A stretch of DNA of 64,000 nucleotides from Rebecca billardiae RCC1528 (taxonomy: Eukaryota; Protista; Haptophyta). The notes under the pieces were generated by a model that saw only the letters and a list, made by a program, of their open reading frames with translations, had not been told where the DNA came from and searched no databases. This document shows, piece by piece, positions 11,018 through 23,212 of this stretch. The position numbers and the translations under genes were made by a program. Position 1 is the first letter of the stretch; every line of letters begins with the position of its first letter. The stretch covers positions 3,968,001-4,032,000 of the forward strand of contig OZ251224.1 in assembly GCA_965240325.2 (NCBI GenBank), in the 5' to 3' direction.

Positions 11018-11086
11018 ATGAGTGGCGGAGCCAGCGCGGCCGCCGCGGCGGCGGCGCCGAGTGCGCACCCTGTTTTTGAGTCTTCC

Positions 11087-11813
11087 ATGGCGTCGTCGCC
11101 CCAACGGTGGGCTCGGCCCCTTGTGCTGTCGTCACCCTCGGGGAAGAATGCCGAGCCTCTCGAGCAGGTGGACACTGGAGAGAGGGTAGCCCACCCAACG
11201 TCCTTCACCGCAGGCGTTCTCGACAACCTTCCGTCCCGCGACACCGGCAACTTCACATCGGCTGCAGCAGTCGTGCCGAAAGTATGCGCGCCCTGCTTCT
11301 TCGTATCCTGCGTGCGCCCATGCGGGGCGACAAGATCGCAGGTGGATCCAGGATGCCTGACCCCCTTGGTTCGCCGGCTCAACCCCGCCTGCATCCCTGC
11401 CCACGCTCCCGCGCACCTGTCTGCGGACGCGCTCAGAGCCGTCTGCGAATCTACCGAGCTGCACATGCACGCGCAGAGCCGCCGAAGACCCAGGTGATCA
11501 CAACAGACCGCAGAAATATCCTGGTGCGCCAGGCGCAGCTACACGAAGAAACCAGAGTGCGCGCCGCGGGAATGCCGGCAGAACAAGTGCGCGTCACCGT
11601 CCCTCATGCTTTTTTTTCATCGCTCTCCCGCGCGTGCTTCCGGATTGCGCCGCGCAGAGACAAACACCGCATCAGGTCAAGCGCAAAACTCTCTCGCCAG
11701 AGGACGACACGCCACGCACACCGGAGATGTCCGAACGCTCACCGCCCATGAGGGTTCATTTGGAGAAGAGGCAAAAGCTGCTTCACAACCACCGTGACGC
11801 ACGGCCAAAGTGA
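11087..11813 (+). CDS. DDA1: DDA1 (DET1- and DDB1-associated protein 1); exons 11087-11281, 11437-11556, 11658-11813
   Basis: Spliced product VLDNLPSRDTGNFTS...K/SRLRIYRAAHARAEPPKTQVITTDRRNILVRQ matches the DDA1 motifs L..LPS....NFS and Y..TH....PP..QVITT...NILIR; phase-0 GT-AG introns; the second donor could be 11587. Confidence 0.8.
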
Positions 11814-12338
11814 TGCTCACCGCACGGCGCACAGCTTGGTCAGCCACATGGCTCGCCCCCCGCACGACAGACACGCGCCCCGCGCTCGGATGCAAGCGCT
11901 CGAAAGCTCGCTCTGGACGACACGGGGAAGCTGCTGCACCTGAACGATTGAATCAGCCACCTCGGGAGTGCAGCCGGGCGCCGCGCGAACCACCTCGGCA
12001 CAGTCTGCCTTCGCTGTGACTGTGGTACTCGTCCGCCGACCGTCCGGCGTCTGCCGACTGCCGCGTCGACTCACTCGGTCGAGCCGTCGACTGATCGAGC
12101 CCCACCCGGAGCCGACAGAACCGGGAGATGAAGGGTGGACAGGTCTAGCTTACATGCCCGGGTGCCGGCTCTGGCTTCGGTTGACCCCTGCCAGAGACGG
12201 GCACTGTGAGCTCCTTCATGAAGTCACTCGTGAAAACTGCACAGGAGTGAGGAGGACCTTGCAATGGATGCCTAGAATTAGATGCTGACTTCATTCAGAG
12301 CGATATTGCGGGCCAACAAGCACTTCCTCTATAGTTCA

Positions 12339-12491
12339 TCAGACTCTATTTTTACTATATATATGTATTTACCCATTTCAGACTCTCACTCACTCTGGTC
12401 AGAACACGGTCCGGGAGCGATCCGGATGCACCCGTAGCTATTGGAAATATGTCACCGGACTGGGTAAATAGCTATGAAAAATAGAGTCTGA
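12339..12491. mobile_element. Small degenerate MITE (~150 bp)
   Basis: TIR TCAGACTCTATTTTT..TATTTACCCA vs TGGGTAAATA..AAAAATAGAGTCTGA. Confidence 0.6.
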
Positions 12492-12640
12492 AGTAGTCAC
12501 AAACTGAGTTTCACACCCTGGGCACTTATTGGCCATCCATAGTAACCCTACTTGGAGCCCTGTGGGACACTTCGGGCGTTCATTCGGCCGCAGGAATGCG
12601 AAGATCATTTTCGGTACGCCCGGTTTCTATGACCGGACTG

Positions 12641-14327
12641 GGACAGGTTGCACGGAAAAATGACCGCCCGCGACTGACAGATGTTACATTCACAGTGGAC
12701 GTGACCTGTCCACCCGTCTTTCGGTACATCGCGCCCGTCCCATGGCGGCCGGCGCGTGGCGCGAGTGCTTGGAAACCACGGAGCACACGAATGCCGGTGG
12801 TTTCCGACCTTCGCCGCCACGGCCCGCCTCCCCGTTCGCCCGCAATCGGTACCGCAGTCTGGTGCCCAGTTCCTCTCACTCCCGCGTCGGCAGTGGCGCG
12901 AAGCCGAAGCGCATCGGGAAGAAGCACAACTGGGACCTGGATACAGGTGGTAGATAGAGCCTTCAAGGAGGCTGCCGTCGCGAACGAGCAGGATGCGCCG
13001 GTTGTAGTATGCGCGTGCACCCTTGCACGAACGTGTGCTGGTCTCCTGCTGCACTGCTCATACCGTACGCACGAGCACGCAACCGTGCGCACGCGCTCAG
13101 GTGGCTCGGACCACACACGCGAGTGCTTGTGAAGCTCGCCTCACGAGGCCTTCGTAGAAGAAGGCGGGCAACCGGAGCGCGCTAAGGAAACAGAAGACGA
13201 TGCTCGCCAAACGCGTCCAGCGCACGAGGGCGAAGCTTGCTACGGCGCGCGCGGCCTCTGCTGTTGCAGCTCGGGCCGCTGCTCCGGCCGTGCAGGCGTC
13301 TGGCGCGGGGTCCTCGGACAAGCAGGCGAACTCTGGGCAGTCTGCCTTTGCCGCCGGCAAGAAGTATCGGAAGCGCACGCATTTGGTCGAGCGCGTGGCT
13401 CGCTCGCGCGCCGTGACGCAGCAAGCAGGCGATCCTTGACAAGCGCCTCGCTGACGCTCAGCAGGCCGAGGCAACAAGCGCGGCGCTCGACCACGCTGAC
13501 AGGCACGCCCTGAGTGAGGGGGAAGGCACCTTTCGAGACAGCACTCAGGCGCTCGACGTTGAGTATCTCATTGATCGCGCGCGTGTGTGATCACGTCAGC
13601 AAGACTAAGTCGCGCGAGGTGGAGTAGGTGGTAGCGCGCCTCTTCGCCGCATCATCCGCAGCTGACTGGCGTGCACCCGCCAGCTCGCTCACGTCGCGCG
13701 CGGCAGCGGTCGGCTTCCACCCTGCTCGCACAGCGCGGCGCCGGCTGCACCGCCCGTTCCGCTGGACGCCGGCTCGCTCGTCGTTGACGACTTCTTCTTC
13801 AACCCGGTCGCGCGGGCGCGGTGATGGTACACTCCGGCAGGCAGATGCGGCGCACTGTCTGATGCTCTATGCGTGCGCGTGCCTTTCCACGACGTCGACT
13901 CGGGCTGCTACGCGTGGCATCCAGCTCGAGGCGGAGGTCGCCAGGGCTCGCCCAAGGTCGAATCTGCCTTGCGTGTGCTGGGTCGCCGAGGTGCGGCCGC
14001 AGGGTGCTCGCTGGCTGACTCCTGACGATGACGAGGAGTTGCGCGCCGTCGCAACTTCTCGCACGTATCGTGCCGACCGCGAGTCGAGTGGATGACGCTC
14101 GTGGCGGCTGCTCTTCAAATGACGCGGTTGGGCCCTTGGCGAGCTTGGGAGGAGGGCTCGGTCTGCTACATGTGCGTCAGTAGGCACGGCCTAAACCGTG
14201 CGCAAGACTCATTGAGTCGTACATGGCGCGGCAGCAACGGCCGCACCCGCGAGGGCCCGTGGGCGGGCAGCCATGCTCCAAAGGGCCGAAATGTAACACC
14301 AAGGTCAGTTTCCCGTGCAACCTGTCC
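12641..14327. mobile_element. Degenerate ~1.7-kb TIR DNA transposon with broken internal ORF remnants
   Basis: TIR GGACAGGTTGCACGG(A/G)AAA(A/C)TGACC plus TGTTACATT/AATGTAACA; the interior has stop- and frameshift-interrupted coding-like stretches (13140-13590, 13920-14100); no TSD resolved. Confidence 0.6.
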
Positions 14328-15518
14328 TGGCAGGGGTCAACCGGAGCCAGAGCCTGCCCACCAGTGCGCATAATATAACCCTCTAGTCACGGGCCGCGGC
14401 TCGTCGTCGGTCCGGCGGTCCGCGCGACACTGCGGTCCGTACCGCATGTTGATGCACTCTGAGCCCGGGCCCGTTAGTCCGACGCCCGACGCCGCAGATT
14501 CCGCCGCAGAATGACAGGCCAGTCCGAGACGGAGTCTGCGAGCTCCGAACTGAGTACTGACCGTCCTGAGCACCTGTCCGTTGGTGCCCGCGACCACCGT
14601 AAATCCACGTCCGCCATGACCGGTGATGACCGCGTTATGAAGCGGCGTTTCGGCGCCGGCGGGCCGTTGCGCGCGGCTCGGCCGTGGCCGCGGGGCAGCC
14701 AACCGTGCGGGCGTGTGCCACGCCCACTGCTTAACTAGTCAACTGCTACGTCTACTAACCGTAAGGCTACGCTAACTACTAGTTGTACTGTAGTTCGTCT
14801 GCCGAGTATGTGACGGTATATTGCGCTACTTAGTTATTAGCAGTGTCGCCTGTCTATAGTTATAATAATACTACTACGCATATTTGCGGATTGACGATGA
14901 TCAGAATATGCTGAAACCCTTGCTAATGTCACTGTCTGTGATACGCATTCTTCACGCTAGTTACTAGTTAGTAGTTAGTAGACCTGTCACTGTGAGAGTG
15001 TGACTAGGTGACTTCAGTGCCTGGCGGTGATAACGACCGACGGCTCACAGTGGTAGCTTATTACTAATCTGCAGCCGTACTAGCCGAGCCGGACTGTGTA
15101 GCAGTGTAGTGTTTGCGGAAATAAGTAATAACTGGCGTGCGGCACCTTGTCCTTGTCACGCCGGCACGAAGGCGTCGAAGCGTGCGCGGCTGGCGGCTCC
15201 ACGACCGCGGCTCGCACCGCAGAAACCGCACCAACAGCAGTTGCCTCGGCCAGCGCCCAGCGGCTCCCTCGCTCGCCGAGCCAGCGGTGGAGCACGCCAA
15301 GTGCGCTTTTGTCCCGCCCCTACCGGCGGCTGCCCTCGTGGCTGACAGGCGTGCCTGTCCGTGTGGTAGACTTGAGGGTGTTTCGCGCTCCGCGGGCTGC
15401 CCGTCCACCCCGGCCGCGCCGGCCATTTTATGGGCGGCCCGGGTCCGGGTCAACGTCTCGGTCACAAGCAGCGTCACACAGTCACCAATCGATCGTAGTT
15501 CAAAGCGTCACGGCGACG

Positions 15519-18500
15519 ATGGCGCACGCGATGTCCGGCATCCTTGTCGTCCTCGCGCTCTCCTTCCTTACACCAGGTGCGTCCTCCCCGCGCGCGAACG
15601 CGCGCGCGCGCGCGCAGATCGACGCTCCGCTTTTCATCCCGCGCACTGACGTCGCTGCCCCCTCACGTGTGCGCGCGTCGCGCACGCGCCACCCCGCACC
15701 CGCACGGTGCGCACGCGCGCAGGTGCGTCGGATGCAGGCATCTGGCAGCCCGTTCGCACGGCGTTTGCGCGCCTGACCATCGACGACTTGGCGACAGCAT
15801 CACTTATCCGCGGCGGCTGGCCGCTGCCCCACACCTTCCCCGAGCCGGCCGTGCGCGCACCACTGCGCCGCCGGAACGGCACGGCAAAGGTGGCTGGGCC
15901 TCGGCGCGACCGCGTGCCAGCGGAGAAGCAGCGCACAGGAGACGCGCGATCGGCGCCAAGAGTCGGCAAGTTCCTGTGGGCGCAGATTTCGCGAGTCGCC
16001 TCTGCCGCTGCTCGCGCGCTGCGGCCGTCGCCAGCATCCGATGCAGGCGCGCGCTCGGCTGCGGCGCGACACCGGAGCGCAGGCACTGCTCCGGCTGATG
16101 GCGCAAGCCCGGGGTTGACGCCGACGGTCGTCAACGGCACCTCTGCTCTCGGCTCGTCCGCGCCACCTCGCGCTCACGGCCCCAACGCCTCGGTCAGCAG
16201 CAGCCGCACACAGCCCCAGTACGTGCCAGCAGCAGCAGAGCACGACGCAGCGGGCAGTGCCGCAGTGCTCTCATCCTCAGCACCGACTGAGGCCCGGACT
16301 GAGGCCGTGCGCCGTGCGCCGGCCGCGCTGCCGCCGCTGCCCGCGACATCCGTGGTCGGCACGCTGCCTGGAGCGCCGCGAAGCTCGGCAGTGCCGGACT
16401 CCGTGTCCTCGGCGCTGCCAGAGGGCGGAGAGCTGTCGCAGCCGCCGCAAGGTGCCGCCTCATGGCCGTCGCCAGCCGCCTCGCTGCATCCGTCACCGCG
16501 GCCAGAGCCGGCGACTAAGCCCGAGGCGCAGTCGTCGACACCGCCGCCAGAGCTCTCGCCTACGCCCGAGCCGCAGTCACCGCCGCTGCCGCTGCCGGAG
16601 CCCGCGCCTTCGCCGGAGCCGCAGCCGCCACCGACGCCAGAGCCCGCGCCGCAGCCGCAGCCGCCACCACCGCCGCCGCCAGAGCCCGCGCCGTCGCCGG
16701 AGCCGCAGCCGCCACCACCGCCGCCGCCAGAGCCCGCGCCGTCGCCGGAGCCGCAGCCGTCGCCGCCGCCAGAGCCCGCGCCGCAGCCGCAGCCGCCACC
16801 ACCGCCGCCGCCAGAGCCCGCGCCGTCGCCGGAGCCGCAGCCGCCACCACCGCCGCCGCCAGAGCCCGCGCCGTCGCCGGAGACGCAGCCGTCGCCGCCG
16901 CCAGAGCCCGCGCCGCAGCCGCAGCCGCCACCACCGCCGCCGCCAGAGCCCGCGCCGTCGCCGGAGCCGCAGCCGTCGCCGCCGCCAGAGCCCGCGCCGC
17001 AGCCGCAGCCGCCACCACCGCCGCCGCCAGAGCCCGCGCCGTCGCCGGAGCCGCAGCCGCCACCACCGCCGCCGCCAGAGCCCGCGCCGTCGCCGGAGCC
17101 ACAGCCGCCACCACCGCCGCCGCCAGAGCCCGCGCCGTCGCCGGAGCCGCAGCCGCCGCCGCGTCCGTCGCCCTCACCGCCGCCAGGGCGCGGGCGTGCG
17201 GTCGCGCGCGAGGAGGGCGGAGGCAGCCTGCCAGAGCCTTGGGCCGCGCAACGCCCGGCCCTGGCACCGCTCGGGTCCACGGATGACGGCGGGCGCGCCC
17301 CGCGCAGCGGCGGGCTGGATCTGCTCGGCTGGGCGCAGCAGCTGCTGCTTGGTGCCGAGCGTGGCGCGCACATCCCCGCGCTCGGCGCGCCCCCGGCCGC
17401 GGCCGGCGCGGAGGACGCGCGCGCGCTGCCCGCGCAGGCGAAGCTGCTGCTCGCCAGCTCGCTCGCGGTGGTGCTCGCCGCGGCGGTGGTCGCACGGCTG
17501 CGCGAGAACGCGGACCGACGGCGCGCGCGCGCCGCCGCCACCGCCGTCGCCGTCGTCGCGCCGCCCGCGCCGCCGGCAGTGCCGCAGCCGGCGGCGCCGG
17601 GCTCCACGGTGCTGCCCCCGCCGGGGCACGCGTGGCACCAGCTGGCGGACGGTCGGATCGTGCTGCTGCCCGCGCCGATGGCGGCGGCGCCCACCGAGGC
17701 GCGCGCTGTCGACTCGCTGGGGGTTCCCTTCCGCACGCGGCCCGTCGCGTCGCACAGCGCGGCGGACGCGGAGCGCCGGCGGCGCGCTGAGGTGCTCTCT
17801 GCCTGGCTCGCCGTTGTGCAATGGAAGCTGGGCGCGGGCGAGCCGCTCAGCGCGTCGGCCTTCTGGGGGTTGCTCGTGCCTGCGCTGTGGGCGATGGTGC
17901 GGGACGAGGCGGCGCGGCAGCGGAGGGGCGCGCGCGTGTCGTACGCTGCGGCCGACGGCCTCGCGCCCACCGAGCTGGCGCTGATCGAGAGGGTCGTCCT
18001 CGGCAGCCACCGCGAGCTGCACCCGCGGCTGTGCTGGCACTGGTCGGGCTCGGGCGGCTCGGGCTCGGGCGGCGCGGCCACGCCCGCGCGCCGCTCCGCC
18101 GCGCCCGCCGCAGACGGCTGGCTGCGCCTCGCGCTCTCCGAGCCCGTCGACGTGCCCACGCTCTGCGCGCGCGCGCAGCCGGCGCGCGGGCGGCACGCGT
18201 GGCTCGTGCCGCCCGACGAGCGGAGCGCGCTCGACGCGCGGCTGAGCGCGCACGCGGACGCGGCCGCGCTCGCGCGCGCCGCGGCCGAGCCGCCCCCCTT
18301 CCACGGACTCGCGCGCTCCGAGCTTCTTCGTGTGGGCGAGGCGGTGCGCGCGCGGCTCGACGCGCTCGGCGCGGTGCCCAGCTCGGCGCAGCTCGAGGCG
18401 GAGGTGCGCGCGTGGCGCGGCGCGCTCGAGCACGCGCCCGCGCGGCTGCGCATCACGCTCGGCTCAGCCGCGCCGCCGGGCTCGCACGTCTTCGTCGTGC

Positions 18501-21472
18501 CCGCGCACGCGCGCGTGCGCTGGCGCAACGGCACCGCGCGCACGCTCGGCGCGACGATCGGCCAGCTCGAGCTGCGGCTGCCGCCCGGCGCCGAGTACGC
18601 CGTCGAGGACGTAGGCGCGCGCTCGCGGCTCTTCTGGTACACGTGGCGGCAGCAGCAGCCGCAGCATGGCGCGGCCGCGCACGCGGCCGCCGGAGGCGCG
18701 GAAGGCGGGGCCGCGCCGCAGGCCGCGGCGGCGGGCGGCGGCGGCGCGGGCGGCGCGGGCGGCGGCGCTCGTGGCTGCAGCGCCGCTGAACCCGAGCTGC
18801 TGTGCGGCCGCCTCTTCGTGCAGGAGGCGGGCGCGCTTAGCCAGTACGGCACGGTGGTGCCGCAGGCCGCGGCGCGGGCGACATCCGCGGCCGCTGCCGG
18901 GAGCGCCGCCGCCGCCGCCGCCGCCACGGGCGCAGGGCCGGGCCGCTCGCGCGAGGGCGGCGGCGGCGCGGCGCGCGTCGAGCGCGCGCTGAGCGGCGGC
19001 GCTGTGTGCGCCGCCGCCCCGGCCGGCGCGGAGCCGAGCGCCGCCGCCGCCTCGCCGGCATGCGCCGAGCTCGGCGCGACGTGCTGCGCGCCCTCCGGCG
19101 CGACGCCCGCGCAGCTCGTGCGCACGGCGATGGCTGAGCTCGAGCGGTGCGCTGCGCAGGCGGGCCGCGCGGCGTGCGGCGGCGCGGCCGGCGCATCTGA
19201 GGGCGCGGCCGATGCGGCGCGCGCGTGTGCACCCGACGGCGTGCGCCGCGCCGCGGCCGAGCTCGCGCGCACGCCAGAGGCGGAGTCGGCAGCTGCGGGC
19301 GGCGGGCTGCGCGCGGGGATGCGCGCGCCGAGCTCGGCGGCGGGCGGCGGGCGCGGCGGCGGCGGCGGCGGCTCGGCACCCCCCTCGCGCAGCCTGCCGG
19401 CCACGCCCCCGGCGCGCGACCGCGCCGCCGCTGCGTGCGGCGCGCGCGGTGAGAGCTGCGGAGGGCCTCGCACGCGCACGCCAGAGCCCGAGGCGCGGGG
19501 TGACGGTGCGGCGGGAGACGGCGCGGCCGGTGCGGCCGGCGCGCACGCCGCCGCGGCCGCACCGCTCGCCAAGCCGCGCGCAGCGGGCGGGCACGCGCCG
19601 CTCGGCGCGTGGGCGCACGGCTCGGCGGCGGAGACGGAGGCGTGGGCGTGTGCACACGCCGAGCCTCTGGCGGTCACACCCGAGTGCGCCGGGCGCAGCG
19701 CGCGCGCGCGCGCCGCGCTCGCGCGCGAGCAGGCGGAGGCGGCGGTGGCGACCGCGGCCGCGCACGCCGGCGCCTTCGTGCGCAAGCTGCGCGCGGCGAG
19801 CAGCGAGGGCGGCGAGGCGAGCCCGGCGCGGCCCGGCGCGGGCGCGGCCGCCTCCTCTGCGCCGCGCACGCCCGCGGCGCGCGTCTCGACGCCCGCGCCC
19901 GACGCGGTGGCCGCGGGCTGGGCGGGCGCGACGCCCGAGCGCGCGGGCACGGCTGCGCGCGGCCTGCTCGCCGTCGCCGGCGCCGCCGAGCGTGCCGCGT
20001 GGCGCGCCGCCGAGCTGCACGGCGAGTGCGGCCGCGCGGCGCAGGCCATCAACGACTTCGAGGCCACGACGCTCGCCGGCACGAGCGCGCGCGCCGACGG
20101 GCGGAGCGCGGTCGATGCGTTCGGCGCGCAGCTCGCGGCGCACGACCCATCGGGCGCGCTGTGCGCGGCGCTCGAGGCGCACGCGGTGCGGCACGCCGCG
20201 GAGACGCACGCCGTGGTGGCCACGGCCGTGCGCACGCGCAGCGAGGTGTGCGGCACGCGGCGCGCCGCGCGAGAGGCACGCGCGCGCACCCTCGCGTCAC
20301 CCGTGCCCCCGCCGCCCTTGCCCTCGCGGACGCGCGCGCCCGCGCGCGAGCGCAGTCGGATGTGCGCGCGGCGCGGCTGGCGCTGCGCCGGCTGCGCCGG
20401 CCGAGGCTCGAGCTCGCGCACCGCGTGTTCAGCCGCGCGGCCGCGGTGGCGGAGGCCGGGCTGGGCGAGGGTGAGGGCGCGGCGCCCGACGCGCGCGTCT
20501 CGCCAGCCTCTTCGGACGCAGACGTCTCGCCGCCGGCCGCGGGCGCGAGGGCGCTTGCGTGTGTGGCGCACAGCCGGCTCTCGGCGGCGGCGGATCGCTC
20601 TCGGCAGCTGCTCGAGGCGAGCGCGCAGGACGAGGCGGCCGTGCGCGCCGTGGTGCGCGCCGCGCACCACACTGCGCCGCGAGCCGCCGCGTGCGCGTGC
20701 GTGCGCGTGCGTGCGCGTGCGTGCGCGCGCGTGCGCGCGCGTGCGCGCGCGTGCGCGCGCGTGCGCGTGCGTGCGCGTGCGTGCGCGTGCGTGCGCGTGC
20801 GTGCGCGCGCCTCTCCCTCACGCGCCCCTCCTGCCACCGCCGCGTGCGCCCGCGCCGGCTGCGACTCGGCCGCCACGCGGGGCCCGCCGCGGCCCGCCGC
20901 GCTCTCAGGCCGTGCTCGCCTCGCCGCACACGCCGTGCGCCGAGCGCGCCTCCGCCGGCAGCGCCGCGTCCTCGCTCTGCGCGCCCTCGACGCCGCCGAC
21001 GCTGCCCTCCGCCACGCCCGGCTCCAGAGCGTCGCTCTCGCCGCCCGAGCGCGGAGCGACGGCGGCGCTGTCCGCGCCGCCCTCGGCCGAGCGCACCGCC
21101 ACGCCGGTGGGTGCTCAGGACGAGGCGCGCGTGCAGCGCATGCGCGCCGCCCTCGAGCAGCAGCGCCAGACGCTCAGCGCGCAGCGCGCCGCGCGCGGCG
21201 CCGGACGGCCGCGTGTCCCGCGCGCCGCGGCGGCGCCCTGCTCGCCGCCCGCGCGTCGCGCCGCTTCGGAGGCCGGCGGGGCAGCGCCGGAGGAGGGCGC
21301 ACGCGCCGTGTCGCCCGCTGCTGCCGCCACCGGCCTCTGCGCGAGCGGCAGATCGGACGCCTGCACGCCGACTGCACTCGGCGCGGCCGCGCCACTGCGC
21401 CCGCGCCCGGCTCACGCGCCCGCGGCCGAGCTGCGCCGACAGGCGCAGGCAGTCTGCCCACGCGCGGCGTGA
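15519..21472 (+). CDS. Large Pro-rich type-I membrane protein (signal peptide, extensin-like stalk, TM, long low-complexity tail)
   Basis: ATG 15519 gives signal-like MAHAMSGILVVLALSFLTPG; introns 15577-15722, 20246-20355 and ~20653-20908 keep frame; TM LLLASSLAVVLAAAVVA at ~17445-17495. Confidence 0.75.
16560..17185 (+). repeat. Coding minisatellite encoding (PEPAPSPEPQPPPPPP / PEPAPQPQPPPPPP)n
   Basis: Near-identical 36-48-bp units directly visible. Confidence 0.9.
20690..20808. repeat. Intronic (GTGC/GCGC)n microsatellite
   Basis: Directly visible inside predicted intron 3. Confidence 0.85.
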
Positions 21473-21813
21473 TGGCGGACGCAGCAGGCGACGGGCGGCT
21501 GGCTGGTGCCGCGTCGGTGGCCGGTGCGGGCTGCTGCCTGATGCTGCTGACGAACTCCGAATCAGAGCGCCCAGCGTGGCTGAGTGGGCAGGCCCATCGC
21601 AGCACTGTTGGCAGCTCTGGCGGCTGCAGTCTGCAGTGCAGAGTGGGCTGAGCCTCGGAGTCGGAACGCGCGGAACCTCAGACCGTTCGGGATGACTACA
21701 ATTACGAGTATGAGCCTTCGGACCGTATATACTCACTCTGACGACTGATTCTTCGTCTGAATGCCGTAGCTACTGTGCTGCCGCGACGTCACTGCGTTAT
21801 CTGCTATGCTACC

Positions 21814-21814
21814 A

Positions 21815-21872
<58 letters not shown>

Positions 21873-21905
21873 CATATACATACATACATATATATATACA
21901 TATAC
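21814..21905. repeat. (TA)n/(TACATA)n microsatellite
   Basis: Directly visible. Confidence 0.9.
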
Positions 21906-22353
21906 GACTACATTATTTGAACATCATCAGCCTCACAGGCCAGTACTCTACGTACTAGACTCTACGTCTAACGTAAACGTAAATTACGTAAAACGAGGCC
22001 GCGAGGCGACCGTAAGTCATTAGTGAGTGCGAGTGATTATGAGTGTGAGCCGGGTGCTGGCGGCGGACGCGGGATCCGAATCACATATACTCACAGCAGT
22101 CACAGCGCAGGTTACACTAGTTAGTAACTAGTACATTATCATCATGCGTGACAATGCGACTTACGTGTCTGCCGGTCAGGCGGTCACTCCGCAGGCCAGG
22201 CTCATGCCGGCTCCCGCATCCGGACAGACCGATGAGTCCGACTCGGGCGGGAGACTCCGCTGCCGGACTGCAGACAGCCTGACTCGCGCACCTGCGCTCA
22301 GCCAGCACTTTTCTCACGTGGAATGCGCGTCCAAGCACTCGCTCAGCTTGTCG

Positions 22354-22770
22354 CTATGCGGCGTCGACAGCGTTGGGGCAAAACTGGCGGAGCTGCTTGA
22401 GCCACGCGTCACGTGCGAGTTCGTTCGCAAAGCGCAGCTTGAACTTGGCATCTTTCGTGCCCTTCGCACTGCGCACCATGATCACAAGCATATGACTGCT
22501 GGTCTTCTTCTCCTCCTTGGGCCGCAGCTGGACCACTTCCTGCAGCAGAATCTCGCGCCGCTTCTCCTCACCCGGCACAAAGTAGTAGAGCTTGCCCTCG
22601 TGTGGAGAGAGCTCCATCTGCTTCTCCTGGTAGCCTTTCCACGGCACGCTGCGCCGTCTCTTCTCCACAGGCTGCATCATCGCCGCCTTCTCCCGTGCCT
22701 CCTGCTCGCGCCGCTTCCGCTCCTCATCCGAGGCCTGCGCGTGCACGACACGGCCTCTGGCGCGCATCAT
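22354..22770 (-). CDS. Short PH-like domain protein, tandem paralog of the C-terminal part of the upstream IQ/PH gene
   Basis: RVVHAQ..PWKGYQEKQMEL..EGKLYY..KRREILL..FKLRF..ARDAWLKQLR..C aligns with the 23213-24763 product. Confidence 0.7.
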   Translation of the reverse strand: MMRARGRVVHAQASDEERKRREQEAREKAAMMQPVEKRRRSVPWKGYQEKQMELSPHEGKLYYFVPGEEKRREILLQEVVQLRPKEEKKTSSHMLVIMVRSAKGTKDAKFKLRFANELARDAWLKQLRQFCPNAVDAA

Positions 22771-23212
22771 GATGATGATCCCGGCGCGCGGGTAGTAATT
22801 CCCTAGTTACTGGGGCTGGGCGGGCCGGCGAGGAGCACAGCTGGTCAGTTGTCAAAGAGCTCAGCCTCTCACTAAGGTACCAACTATAACGGTTAACCAG
22901 CAAGTCATCACGCTCCTCATCCAATTCCACAGACCACACCCGGCGCAGCCACGGCCCATGTGCTAGTGACGCGTAGGCGCGGTGCCTCCACGCCGCAATC
23001 GACAGCATCTGCATTCAGCCTTCAGGCATCAGGCGTATCAGCGTGGCGCGGCGGCGCGGTCCCGCAGTGGCGCGACGCACGCAGGTGCCCCAGAGGCCCG
23101 AGCGACAAGTGGCCAGTGCGCTGTCGGCTGGGGTCGCGGCACGGCGCAATATGCTCTGCAGGGCGCTGCACGATGCCATGGGTTGGCCGAGGACGACGCC
23201 GCCCATGCGTGC

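Noticed and set aside
15064-15477. Small minus-strand ORF as a gene
   Set aside because: No recognisable motif; only positional plausibility (divergent from the 15519 gene).
16174-20670. 1498-aa minus-strand ORF and similar long antisense ORFs (27609-28760, 38020-39831, 55145-56278)
   Set aside because: Shadow frames of GC-rich real genes; no motifs of their own.
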